Assembly (NCBI GenBank): GCA_030704615.1
Contig: CM060733.1
Location: forward strand, 6,572,001 to 6,636,000
Reading direction: 5' to 3'
DNA from: Takakia lepidozioides
Taxonomy: Eukaryota > Plantae > Bryophyta
Length of the DNA stretch: 64,000 nucleotides
Of this stretch, positions 35,805 through 49,350 are shown in pieces. The stretch's first letter is position 1, and each line of letters starts with the position of its first letter. The notes below the pieces were generated by a model that saw only the letters and a list, made by a program, of their open reading frames with translations, did no database searches and was not told the origin of the DNA. The position numbers and the translations under genes are program-made.

Positions 35805-37796
35805 CGGCAACGAGCACACGACGCCGAAATACAGAAAATAAAAAGCAAGGAACAGAAGCAAGAGAAAACAAGGAAGAGCACACGGATTGCAACGAACAAA
35901 AGGAAAACACACAGCATAGACAGCAAAGAGGATATGAGTAGAGCAACTGAAAAACCACAACGAAGAGCCGCCACCGAAGAGTCGCTTTGCGAGGAAGACA
36001 TTCTGCACGTGCAGTGTACCTAGGGGAGCGGGCACGTGGGGGAGCAGGGGATCAGTCGATGGACACGTGTCAATAGCACCAAAGTGGGGATCATTGATGT
36101 CGACACGTGGGGAGATCTGGGCGGTCATAAGGGGGAGCAGGCATGGGGAGATGTGAAGGGGGAGCAAACCCTTAGCCACTCCCAGAACATGGGGATCAAA
36201 AGTAGGGGGACCAGACACGTAGGGGGATGTTAGTAGAGGGGAGCTGACATGTGCGGAGAGTATTGGATATGACATGCATGGCGATTCTGTGGTCAAGGAG
36301 GTGACACGTGGGCAGCGAAGATAGGGGGAGTGGCGGGGGGGACCAGACCGTGGGGGAGCAAAAACTTGAGAGGGATTGGATGTTTGGGGGTTTGCAAGTG
36401 ACGGATTCAGGGAGGGAGACAACTCATGAGAGGAAGGGGACCAAAACTGCAGGGGCAGGGAACATGAGAAGAGACCGTTGTGTAGGACGAGTAAAACACC
36501 ATGCTAGGTCAAAAAAGAAATCCCTATAAGTGCATGCATTATGAGCTGGCCGGTATACAACCATCTTGGACTCTCCAACCTCCATCAATCCTATTTAGCT
36601 GCTCGATACCCAACCATGTTCGATTATGCAACACACAGGGGGATCACTGCGGGTCCGGAGTGGGGATCAAGCCAGGTCGGGGGGAGCGGCGATGTGTTGG
36701 GGATCGTGCCGTGGATGGGAGAGGGGATCAGCGGCGGGGGGGGGGGGGGGGGGGGGTGTGGGGGGGGCGCGCCACGTGCCGTCCGATGGTGGAGGGGATC
36801 AGTCACCGCATTGGACGGGGATCAACGGAGGGGGGGGGGGGGGGCAACGTGTCGGGGGATCAGGCCGTCGATGGGAAGAGGGGATCGACGGCGGGGGGAG
36901 CGGGAGGATGGCGGGGATGAGGGGCGGATGACACACAACATCCATTGTTTGTTGAGGTCGGATGGATGCGCAGGGGATCGACGGTCCGGGGGATCCGCAC
37001 GTGGCGGGCGATTAGGGTTGGGGGATCACTCCCGGTCCGGAAGGGGGATCAAGGCGCGTCGGGGGAGCGGCAACGTCTCGGGGGAGCACGCCGTGGATGG
37101 GAGGAGTGGATCGACGGTGGTGAGAGCGCCACGTGGTGATGGGCGCGTCATGGGGTCTTCATCCGGCCGTCATCCATTCAATTGAGGTTGGATGGATGGG
37201 AGGGATCGACGGTTCGGGGTGGCGCCACGTGGTTGGAGATGGGGGTGGGGGATCACTCCGGCATGGAAGGGGATCAACCCAGTGAGGGGATCCACAGCGG
37301 CCGCCACGTCACTGGAGATCGGGCGGTTGCTGTGGGGCGCCGCTCGGCGGTGGGGCGGGGTCATGGGTCCCGGGCGGGAGGGCGGGCGCGGGGGTCAGGG
37401 GGGGCGCGGGTAGCAGCGGCGGCGGGCGGGGGCGGGGGCAGCAGGCAGAGGGGGTCGGAGGTGGTGGGGATGATTTGAACGGGGTTCCGGCTGTACCTTG
37501 CGGGCTGTACCCGTCAGCTCACAAGCTTGAAATAAAATCAAGCCACATCCATATTGGCCAATTTTGGAGCTTTTCGAACGTCCCTGACCACCCAAATTCG
37601 ATTGGAGGGATCTTTCAGGGCTAAAATATTTCACAAATTATATGATGCATCGACACTGTATTTTATATTTTTTATTTTTTTTACAGTAAAAGGGGAAGGA
37701 GGCCCTGGGAAATATATTGAAAATAACGGGAAAAAATAACCCGTGGAGATACAGCCTTAAAGCGTATTACGGGGATACCACCCCGGAGCCAAGAAC

Positions 37797-38070
37797 CACT
37801 AAGAACACACAAGACCAGGGAGGTCTTGGGAGGAAGATAGAATCAAACTGCCATCTACCAGAGCTGAGAATAGAAAGTAGCAACAGCAGGGAAATCAACA
37901 CTAAGAACCCACAGGACCAGGGAGGTCTGGGGAGGAAGATAGTACCAAACTGGCATCTACCAGGGCTGAGAATAGAAAGTAGCAACAGCAGGAAAATCAA
38001 CACTAAGAAACCACAGGACCAGGGAGGCCTGGGGAGGAAAATAGAACCAAACTGGCATCTGTAGCAACAA
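37797..38070. repeat. 102-bp tandem repeat x~2.7
   Basis: aagaacccacaggaccagggagg.ctggggaggaagatag... starts at 37801, 37903 and 38005. Confidence 0.9.
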
Positions 38071-39149
38071 CAGGAAAATCAAGGAGAACTCCAGCCAGCT
38101 CAGACCGTGCAGAAGTGCAGATGACCCGAAAAGCCTGTGACCACTGTATTGAAATACGAATGGTGGTCAAGTTTCTTTTGATTAGAAGATGAGCAGAGGG
38201 AAATTGCCTACAGTATGGCTTTTGTGAGGCAAGGATGTCGAGCTGGATACAGGTAGTCAAAGATAAGGAGGTTGTTTCTGGGGTCTATCCATGTAGCATG
38301 GTGAATTGTAATTGTGAGGTGATCTGTTCAAAGTGTCCACCTTCCAATGGAAGGCAGTAATCCTTCCGGATGAAGAGACACTATAATTTACGCTTCCTTC
38401 GCACATGAAGATAGTGCCCATACATACTGTTAGTAACTGGGCTACCAATGTCAAATATACCTCCTGGTGCTTCTAACTCAAACATCCCAATCCATTACAT
38501 TGGATTCACATATTACCATACTCGTGACCCAGAACAGGCTATACACTCCAAATAAGAAAAATATACCCCCCCCCCTATTTTCACCCTTTAGCAACCTGGC
38601 TGGCAAGTTGGTCCCCTTACAACCACACTTCAAAACTTTCTTTGATACCACTGTAGTGTGACTGTCTCCCAAGGAGAGAAAACCCCATCTCCTGCAGAGT
38701 GACGTTCTGTAACACACTGCTCAATGACAGGATGAGAAAAACAGTAGGCTCATCCAACCAACATGTCAAATTTCTATCTGAGAGAGTGCACTGGGCTGCT
38801 TTCTCAACAATGAGAACTTTGTACTTACAGTTTCTGTGAACTCTCCTACATACCAGCACAATTCGCATACCCTGCACCTTGATCATTGAAATGCCATAGA
38901 TTCCATATCTATGCGAATTGAGACCACATCTTTGTCTCAACTGCAGCTTGCACTGCAGATTGAATACCATTATTTGATCTCCAGAAAAATCAATGTGGGC
39001 AGACGATGAGAATAATAATGACAATGCTGCTGTGGACTACATTTGCAACATCTTGCATAGCGAAGGGAAAAAAAGTAATCTATTGTACATCCGAATCAAG
39101 AGGCACTAAGGAGGCTCTCACACTCCAAGCAAACGAGACACGCAAGGAA

Positions 39150-41571
39150 CTATTTGCTGTTTGGCTTAATCTGCAGGATATTACCAAAATTGAACACATT
39201 CTCTTCTTCCTTTGCGGCTTCTGGACCAGGGGACTTGGGTGTAGCCTCGTCCCTATCTGCATCACCTTGGAGAATTGAAGGCAGGTTGAAGTGTGGGAGG
39301 GGAGGCTTGGAAGTTCCAGTGGCGGCTTCTTTTTCCTTCTCCTTGTCATTACCTTTGAAGCCATCAGTTACAAATCCCCCCAATAACCCCATAGGATTGC
39401 TAACCTTATCCTTGAACCTCCTCACTACCTTAACAACTGTATACTTCCAGACAAACGAAGTGACAATCATGAACCCCAACACCCAGTGTGTAGTTCGATT
39501 TTGTCTTACAATCTTCTTACAGAGCTTTTTCTTGTCGTCAGACTCCCTGGAGTCCGTAGTCTCAAGAGCCATTCGATGGCTGGAAAGCACTTGATGCTCT
39601 AAGTGCTGGGCAATGGAACTCGAAAGTGAGGGGCTCAATGTCCGAAGAAGCATTTCAATCGCCTCAGAATTCTTGGCAACTGATGCAGCCGCTGCTTTGG
39701 CAGCCTCAGCTGCTGCAATTGCTGCTTGGGCTGCAGCTTCCACTGTCTTCCTCATTTCACCTTTCCTGGGTCTCTTGTCTTTGGGGCCAGCCAACTTCCT
39801 GGGGTTACTAATAGTGTGTGAACCCTCCTTGCTGGACCGATATTTCTGTTTGCCTTCTTTTTTCTGGGCTCTCACAGTGTGAACCTACAATAACCACAGC
39901 AAAGATATCAGGCCCAATCATGGACTTCAGAGAGCCAGTAGAGAGGAGAGAGTGGGTTAACATCTATCTTTGATATTCAACTTCAAAGGTACATTTCTCC
40001 AGCATGGGATCAAGCTCAGCTAAGTTGTACCCGCCGAAGAACATCCTCGAACCTGGCGAGTTGAATGTGGATGTTAAAAATTGTCTGCTATCATTTACTC
40101 ATAACACAAACACTATTGAGTGGCCAAGTAGACATGGTGCTGCAATGTCATCAGAACATGGGCCAGACACAAAGAGGGAAACTTGCAATGACGTCCACCT
40201 GCCCACCACAGATACTGTTTTGCGAGTCAGATGCCTTTTTGTTAGCCCTGCATAACAGGGGACAAAAAACTGTCTGCATAAGAGATTTAGAGTCCACCCC
40301 ATGATCAAAAGTTGATTGTACTCCTAACAGCTCCAATACAATTGGAGACTCATTGCTCTGCTCATAACTACTATTCTTTGATAGGGAAAATGGCTATTCC
40401 TCTCTATATGACCACAAAGCCAATATAGGGTCAACCTGATAAGCTCGACTCATCAGTGCATCTGTCCCTCTTCCTCTTTCCCTCTAAAGAGAAAACAGAT
40501 GTGCACCTGCTCAAGTAATCTTGAAAGAAACTCTGTGTCCCTCTCAGCGCCTGATGTATTAGCCTCTCCTTTTCCTTCCAAACCAGGGGAAAATTGCAAG
40601 TTCCCTTGTGCCTCAGTCTTTTCATACTCTGTGCCCCTTTTCACTGGAAGAGAAGTTTCCTCCCGAAGCATGCGTAAAAGTGCACTTTCAACAAGATCCA
40701 AATCCTCTTTGTCAAAGTTCCCTAGCGAGTCTTTCCCATCGCCCTCTCTCTCACTGACTGGGGAATACCCAGACATGTCTGTTCCCGAAGCTGTGGAAGA
40801 TTGAAAGAAACTGCTCCCCCTGTGATCAACATAATCACCTTCACCTGACATCTGGGCCCCTGGCTTTGGATAGGCATGAGCAAGACCTCTACCATTGTGT
40901 TTTCTGTCAGTAACATCAGGTACTGTATGAGTTGTGGTCCCTGCATTATTGTTTGTGAGAGACGACGCTAGAAACAACTGAGCAGCATCCCCCTCGCCAA
41001 AGACATGTTGGTCCCCCCTCCCTCCTTGAAGGAACTCCTGAAAGTCCAATTATGTGGCAGAACAGCGTCAGAGGCATTAGGGGTTGCGAGAGAGAGCATT
41101 ACACATAGACTTCCCTCTGTGAATGTTCCACAACCAGCTTCACGTGACCCAGACTCCGTCCACTTGCTATGACATACCTCTCAGGGAGGATCTCAGCGGG
41201 CTTGAACCCACTCAGAATGAAACTCACCTTGAGAATGCTGAAACCCCTGCCCTCAGCCTAGAATTCAGCTTTTCATTGATGTATCATGATGCTTGGTGAC
41301 AGTGCTAATCACACCAGGATGGTGAGAGTCCATGTTGACAGGCTGCGCAAATCTCTACCTAGACTAACTTGTGGTAGGAGAGTGTCATTTGACAAGTGTT
41401 TCTTGGACCGCCTTTCAACAGTTCATGTAGAAACAGAGTACGAGAAGCCCTTCTTTGCGTATGAGTTTTAATTTTGTAGTAGAACATCACCTGAAGCAAA
41501 TCGGAGGAACTGCCCACCTCTGCATCTTCCCTTATGACTGCTTCTTTCCTGGGGCTCTGGGAGCTCCCCAT
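39150..41571 (-). CDS. Uncharacterised plant protein with a C-terminal hydrophobic helix (multi-exon)
   Basis: Open exons 39150-~39885, ~40508-41050 and ~41490-41571 (MGSSQSPRK) with GT/AG sites; conserved-looking KKIVRQNRTTHWVLGFMIVTSFVW...SNP. Middle exon structure uncertain. Confidence 0.65.
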
Positions 41572-44500
41572 TCTCCCCTCTGAGACATCCTTCTCACTGA
41601 ATGTACAAAACAAAAACATTTGAAATAATGATGAAGTGAAGAGGGCATTGAGGCAAATGACCGATGAGATGAGGAATGCACATGCCACAACACAAGCGCT
41701 TCATTTATGAAGCGAAATTGCATCCAACTCCATCAGATTCGCGAGAAACAATATCAATTGTAAAATTCTGCGAGGTCTCTGTTAGTCCAAATGATAAGGC
41801 CCAGAAAGCTTATTAGCTAACAAGCTACAACAAGCCAAGGAGTTCTGCTAAGGCTGTTTGGTTAATCCTGCCTGCTGCTACTCGAGCATTGCTTCATGAT
41901 GCACGGTGACTATGATTCCTGATTCAAACTCCTATCTCGAGCTGTCACTAGGACAGTTCCATTATCAAGTGTTGCCCCGATTTTTTTTCCTGGTCTTTAA
42001 TCTCTTCATGGAACCCACAATTGCCGTATGATGTTTGAGAGCGATTGCACAGCATCCGTGCCTCAATGCCTAAATACAAGCACTCATGGTTGAGTGTGAT
42101 TACCCTGAAATAAACTCGTCTTTGAGAGCCTGCTCCATGGCCTGCGACGCTGCCGACTTCTTCGAGAGGAGCGAAGATGATCGTAGACAGAAAGATAGAT
42201 GAGAGTGAGAAGCCTGCAATGATGGGGCAGAGTCAGGCTTGCTATCCATGCTTAACCGCTAGCTGCTGAGGAAGATACAGACAAAGGCCAGCTGCCAAAG
42301 CCGTGTCTCTCCGGGAAAACAGCATATGAATATCCTCTTTTCTCATTGAGTGCAGAGAAGGGCACTATGTACCTAAGCTGGTGAGATATGACGGGTACAT
42401 AAGAGCCCTTTACCTACAGACAACTGAAGCATAGACTGTCGTGTCAAAAGAGTGGAGGAAGGAGAAGTGGAGTGAGCTGCACGATCAAATCTGCATCAGC
42501 TGCAGAGGGCTCCAGAGAGTGGCTGGAATCCGAGGGACATGCATTTCACGGGTCTATCACAGCTGCAGAGTCAGGCAGGGGGGGGTACCGGAGGACCAGC
42601 AAACAAGGTCTATCAACCATCAGTGATATGCAGGTCCACAGACGATCGCGCTAAACTGAAAGAAATATTCCACTGACACGCCAAAGGATTGAACGATATC
42701 GAAGAGCTTCATCTCCAGAAGGAAATGTGCAACTGAACCCAAAGAGCAACACGTTGGTAGATTGGCATGGTGGCTGCCATGGAATTGAAACGAGCAAATT
42801 GGGAAATGGGTATGGGACTGTATACCACGAGATTTGTGGAATACGAAGGTTGCGGAGCCCCCACCTCATCTGGCAGCCTCCGTTGCTTTATCTTGTTTGC
42901 TGGTTGGCCACAGAATCTCTCAACAGAAACCACCAAATTTAGTGACACTATTTTCGAAGAGTCCACGCCTACCTAACGAGTTTCCCGTTTCGCCGTCGAT
43001 GTAAACTTCTTCCCAAAAGGAACAGAAAACAAAACCTTGAATAAGCATGAGTAGCATCGGATTACCTGCGAACAGGTTTTGAAGTTTGAAGGGTTCGCAG
43101 ATGCATACAGTGGTATTGCAGACCTAAATCATTATCAGTACAGCAGATTACATGTTTGAGAAGGGGGTGGAGATAACATGTTAGAAGCCCGCGTGGAGGT
43201 GGACGTGAAGGTCACAGGTGTGCAAGTTAGGTTTTTCATTTTTTTCGTTGTGGGCTCGGATTAGTTCCATCTCAGCAGCATGGGACACCAGACGGAAATG
43301 TTGGGAGAGAAGGTGGTCTTGTGTAGCAAGGGCATTGGATTGCGTATGGCGCAGGCTCTCATCCCGGGCTCATCCTCACTGACACGCGTGTAAGCTTCCT
43401 GACCCTTCCTCCCCCCTCCCTAATCCTCCTTGTTCACCTAAAAAAGGTAGAGTTCAAATGAGAGGGAGGATGCTCCGTGATGCAGCGATTCTTCAATCTT
43501 GTAGGCATTGTCATTAGTTCTGTTTGGATGACTTGCTTTTCCTTTTTATCAACCTTGATGTAGTGAGGAACAGTTTGCCGCCCACAGTAGCTCTGTTTGT
43601 GACAGCCATTTCCAATGCAGGAGATCTCACTTTTCACCAAAACTCTTCGGCAAAAATTGCCTTCTGCAATGGTTCAATTTTCTTTTCAACTAAGTCGTGT
43701 AACACAACAGAGAATCATGTTTCTATTCTCTTTAAAGAATCCAGTGCCTTAAATGCTCCAAAAACTGTCCAAGAAAGACTCATCAAGCTTTACATTGACA
43801 CTCGGAGCCACAATTGCTTGGAAAGAAAAAAGAATTGAGGATGAAGTATACATCTTACCTGACGCCCCAACCAACAAGTCCATTTCAAATGCTTGGGGGA
43901 TGGATGCCCAAGTAGTAGGCTTATCAGTCGACAACAAGAGTCGGATTCCTGTCATCAATGTTTTTATGTAGTTGTTCATGGTAGTTGTTAATATCAATAT
44001 GATATCATCCTCATGTGATCCATTTGCCATTTGATTGAATGGAAGATGCCCTTTAGTTTGATGAGTGCTGTGTGCTGCTTACAGTGTGTCTCTGTTGCCA
44101 TGGACGGACAAGACTACACAAGCCAATGTGCCAGGCGAGCTGATTCACTTTGTGGACAAGGATGGTGTAGCAAAGGTTATTCCCCTGTTTTCCTGTATTG
44201 GACAGAGAGGCTGTTGCTCACCGTCATAATTGGCTTTCGTCCTGCCTTTAGCAAAGCTCGATCCCTTTTCTAGTGTTCTTCTTGTGTAGTGAAGAACAAG
44301 GTTCTGTGATTTGTGTTCATCCCACCAAGTTGGCTCGAATCAGATGTAAACAAGGTTCTGTGAATTGTGTTCATCCCACCATATTGGCTCAATTCAGATG
44401 TAGGAAGGGTTCTTGTAATTCCATCTGGCAAGACTAATTTGGCTTGTGCAGGTGTCATTGGTAGTTCTGCTGCAGGAAGTGGCTGCCTCGATGTGTGTTA

Positions 44501-45469
44501 GTGTGGTCCATGAGCTATTTGAGTTTCTCTTGACTAGTGCTCCAGTCCAGTCGCCAGCCTTTACCCTCATAATTCCAGCCATCACACGATTGCCTGGATC
44601 TATATTGAAATTGCAAGACTTCGTGCATGGCAAGGGGATGCGGGAGTCCATACATGTAGCAATTTTGAATGATGCTCAAGAAGGTTCCCGAGGGGTGTAC
44701 GCCGGACTACCAAGGTTGCCCTCAACAGTACCAATACGAGATGATTTTTTGGCATGTCTATTGCATTTTGTGCATACCACGGGGCTGCCAGCACTTCTCT
44801 TGCTTGGCCCTAGGAGTCAAGGCACAACTCGGGATATGTTTAAGAGCAAGCATGGGGAGGCTTTTCAGGTAGTCTACGCCTCCCTTTGTTTTTTCTCATC
44901 CGGTGCAGTGCTGTTTTTGTGTGGCACTCTCATTTACCTTTCAGCTTTATTAGTGTCTTGGTAGAGATGGCGATTTGACATGTTGTCAGTACTCTGTTAG
45001 GCTCTTTCCTAAGGAAGTCAGCCTGGTGTATTCATTTGCTTGCTGAAGTGTTTGTCTCACATCAATGTTGCAGGTGCTTCATGCAGTGGGAGACATCATA
45101 GCACAGCAAGTAGGGCTCACTTACTCAGATGAAAAAGCACAGGATGTGTCAGTGGATCACGTGTCTGCGAGCGAAGGTGTGGAGGATGACTGGCAAAGGC
45201 TGTACATATAAGGAATTGACTCCAATCTCTCTCTCTCCCTCTTCCCTGATTTGGGATGACGAGGATCTAAGTTTTGTCCCGAATCCTGGTTAGGTTAGAA
45301 CCAAGTGCACATGTGATATTGCTTCCACACTACTGGCACAGAGCACAGCGCCTGAGTACTGTTATGCAAAAATTTGACGTTAGTGGAAACTAATACTACC
45401 AAAATTGTTTGCCGAGTTGTTACATGGTAGGTTAGTGGCAATACAACTGGTCAACGATATGACATTTGG

Positions 45470-46370
45470 TGTTGTCTTTTCTTTGAATCCTTGATTCTGA
45501 CATTCTGGTGCAGATCCTCCCGCCTCTGCCCCATGTGTGATCAAAATCTTGGAGGAGTTTAATGCGCCTCCTTTGCCCACATCTGGAAATAGCTGTTCCC
45601 AACACACCCCACGCCTTACGAGCCTCAAACATGAGGTCTGAGTGAGTCAAAAATAGCACAGACCTGACACAGATCAGCTTACCCGAAAAAGCCAAGGCAC
45701 ATCTGGCCTTCCACAAGTTCCACAAGGTGTGAGCACGGAGAGCAGCCCAAACAGGACAGGTGGACCACAACCACCACCAGAGAAGTTTAATAGCAGAACA
45801 GAAGCTGCATCCCTAGGCACTGGATTCCACAAAGCATAAAAGGGAAGCACTCTAATCCAGGTGGAGTTAGCCACGGGGCAAGATACAAAGCAATGCTCCA
45901 AGCTCTCAGGTTCCCCCAACACACAAGAGATGCAATCAGAGGATGAAGCAGGAAAGCAGATCCTCAGAGGAAGGATATGGTTAACCAATTTCCAGAGAAA
46001 GCGAGAGACTTTGGCTGCACAGTCCTTCCCCCATACACCAAGAGGTTGGACAATCCGGCAAATGAGACCACTTCCTTGTCCATTTAAGATACATGGAAAC
46101 CACAGGGTTATTAAGCAGGGAGTAACCAAGCTTAACAGAATAAGCAAAGAACTGAGAGTGAAGCCTGTCACACAGGCTCAGAATTTCATATCCAGAGTTG
46201 ACAGAGATGCAAGCAAGAGCCATCTTTGAGGCTGCTTCAGGGATAACAATGAAATACATAGCCTGGTTGGATGAGATTAGTATGTGATCCCGGGCTCAAA
46301 TCCTTCACAACTAAAAAGGAAGCTACTTCCCCAGGTTCCTTTCAGGTTGGTTAACTGTCAACTTCAGGGA
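45470..46370 (-). mobile_element. L1-like LINE 3' fragment (zf-RVT)
   Basis: WGKDCAAKVSRFLWKLVNHILP, CISC...ESLEHCFVSC...W, LWNLWKARC; related to the LINE at 21-21.5 kb. Confidence 0.85.
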
Positions 46371-49019
46371 TCAAATAAAATATACGTAATGATCGCTCTA
46401 GGGCGAGAGAGATAGAAGCAAAGCACAAGTGTAGTGTAGTGTAGTCACTCCTCCTCTCTCTCGATTTGGTAGTTTGTTCAAGATTATGTTGATGACTGAG
46501 GTGAAGGTCTGGCCTGCAGGGGTTGAGGAGGGGCTAGCGTCCCTTGATCTGCATTGACAGTGATGCAAAAGCTTTTTCAGGGAACTGCTGCGGGAGGAAC
46601 ATTGGAGATTCTCGTCCATGGATCAGCGGGTACTTTGCACCAGTAAAGGAAGGATGGAGTTACGCCAGTACTGGCAGCTACTAGAGCGCGAAGGACCTTA
46701 GGGGAAGGACCTACTTGGGACAAATTGTTGAGGACAGGTACCTGATGAGGGTCGGAGAGTATTATATGGTGCACAGATATTCCTGACAGGCGCCTGTTTT
46801 GGACCTTGATCAGCTTTATATCAGCTCGCAGAGAAGGCGGAGCTTGATCAGTTCATGGTGAGAGAGTAGCTGCTCCTTTGCCATAAACAGGGGATGCTCC
46901 TGCAGAGTCCACGCATAGTTAGTTTCCAAGGGTAAGTAGATTTCCAAGGACAGTTGTAATAAGAGCAGCCAAGTATTTAACTTGCAGGACAGCTGGACGT
47001 TCATAGTGCCCTTCCAAATTAGTTGCCTCTGTACAGCTATAAACCCGGCCCTCGGAACGCAGCTCGGCCGTTAGACTCTTTAACATCCTAGAGCTGGCTA
47101 GGCTAAAGGAAGAACAATGGCTTGAGCTCAATTTCCTGGATCAGGTGTCTCCAATCCGCGGCTACCCTATGGAGTACGTACTAACAAACACATGCAAGCC
47201 CAAGTTCTCCTTACCTGTCAGTTTGTACAGTTCCTGCTCTGTGTTCCAGCAGAACATCATAGCTTCACTCACAGCCCTGTTAAGACGTTGCTGCAACTTA
47301 TCCTTGTAGGCAGTGATTAGCATCATATCGTGGACCTGCAAAATCCAAAATCCAGACGACAGGTGCTTCATAAATCAACCTATCTAGGAGCAGCGCCATT
47401 TGCAGCATAAAAGACAGATGTCAATGTATGCTAACAAGCAAGAATCTGAAATGAAGTTGTCCATCTAGATAGCAGTTTGGCCAAGAACAAAGTCAGACGC
47501 TCTGTACACCTGGAATAGATGTAAAGAGAACTGAATCATCACTTGGCTCTTCAGTAGCATTAAATCTCGGCCATATTATGCCATGTACACACAGAGAAAA
47601 GATGACCCTGACTACGAAGTTGGCCTGAATAATATCAAGCCTGGTCCTCTTGTGGGTACTTTCCCTTTGAGGTACACGTGGGCTCTATATATAGTTCATG
47701 CCATATATATTTGACTTTGTAGTTTTCAAGGAAAGAACACTGTTGAGCTTCCAGTATGTGACTGACTCTATAAAGCCTAGTCTTTCATAAATGGAACCTT
47801 GGTGACTGATCTAGGTACTGGAATTTCCCATCTTCTATCTATTAGGGGTTCTTTACCATGAATTCATCAAGCTCCGCCTTCTCTTCCGGGCTGATATTGA
47901 GCTCATCAGGGTACAGAACACGATACTTCTTGGTTGTTTCAGCTTGAGCCTGCGCCAACTGCTCGTCAAGGTATGGGGTCTGATCTTTCTCTGATTCTTC
48001 CATGACCTTCTCCTTGCCTTTACTTTCATTGCGTAGGTTTTGCATTCCGCCCTGAACTTCTCTCCATATTGTCGTTCGGCATTTGAGTGTAGTAAACTAA
48101 GCTCTCCGTGGGATCCAGCCTGGTGAGCGAATCTTGTCTAAGAGAAACGTCCCAACTAGGAAATTGTCGCAACTCGGGAACATTGATGTCCCACTGGAAG
48201 TTGAATGCCATCCGAATCTCTGGCTACTTTGCAGGTGAGGCTACGTGTCTGACCCGAAGGAAGGCACTTCACGAGAATGAGTACTGCACACAAAAATAGC
48301 GATGAAGGTCTTACACATCGTAGGCTTCATGAGTCCATTCTAAGTTCCAAGGGCCAAACTTCAACAGGATACGTTACTCTAGTGCATCCGGAAACAGCTC
48401 TCCTTACTTGTTCTATGTGGCCTCACCCTAATGTAAATCCTTCCCCTTCAGGAAATGTCTGAAACTGTGTGTCCCTTCTGCACAAATGTTAGAACATCCC
48501 AGAGGCTCACTTGTGCGTAGATATGTACCTCTGAAAGGATGCTCAAGACAGATACGTATGATCCTGTAAACGTATAATCCTGCAAACACTAGAGAAAAAA
48601 TTGCACCATTCTACATGAACGCTCTGTTAGAGACTTCTCTTCCTCAATCATCCCAGGTTTCTGGAAACCTCATCTGATCCTAGTGAACATCATCAATTGA
48701 TAATGTACGTGGCTGTTCCCACAAGCAGTGGGTGTGATCCAGGAAGGTAAGCAAGACCACAGTGGTACAGAAGTGAAACACAGGACGTGAAATTATTGAG
48801 GCAACGACATTCATTGGAGGTTGGAGCTTCTACAGCTAACAAAGTTGGGCAGATTTCTGGAGAGCACCTGTCGGTGTAATTGGACCATGCAGTATACTGC
48901 GTCTATGTATATGGTTCAATACGTACGGCTGCAGGTGATTCCTGAAGCAGTTTGATCTAGGTCCAAGAAAAACGTTACACCACAGACAATGGATGAGCTT
49001 AGAGCAATGAGACTGCAAA

Positions 49020-49350
49020 GCTTGAGGTTTCCACTCCTCTCCTCACAAGATGAAACGAGGGTCCAAGAGTGAAAACACCACAGAGAATAGATCGGCTTAA
49101 GTACTTAGAGAAATGAATCTACTAAGCGTGAGATGAAGCTTGAGGTTTCCACTCCTCTGCTCACAAGATGAAACTAGGGTCCAAGAGAAAAAACACCACA
49201 GAGAATAGATCCGCTTAATTAGAGAAATGAATCTACCAAGCGTGAGATGAAACACCACAGAGAATAGATCCGCTAAATTAGAGAAATGAATCTACTAAGC
49301 GTGAGATGAAGCTTGAGATTTCCAGTTCTCTGCTCACAGAACGAAACGAG
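49020..49350. repeat. Composite ~118/59-bp tandem repeat
   Basis: gcttgaggtttccactcctct...aaacaccacagagaatagatccgcttaattagagaaatgaatctactaagcgtgagatgaa repeated. Confidence 0.85.

Larger units (their letters stand above)
23755..37635. mobile_element. Mutator-like element (MULE) with ~1-kb imperfect TIRs
   Basis: Left ~23755-24960 is the reverse complement of right ~36635-37635 (e.g. gtggcttgattttattgcaagcgtgtgagctaacgggtac). Internal MULE transposase and Ulp1 remnants. Exact ends and TSD not resolved. Confidence 0.8.

Noticed and set aside
43430-44960. Possible gene or pseudogene, including a 54-bp duplication near 44295-44400
   Set aside because: Short ORFs with stops in all frames and no recognisable motif.
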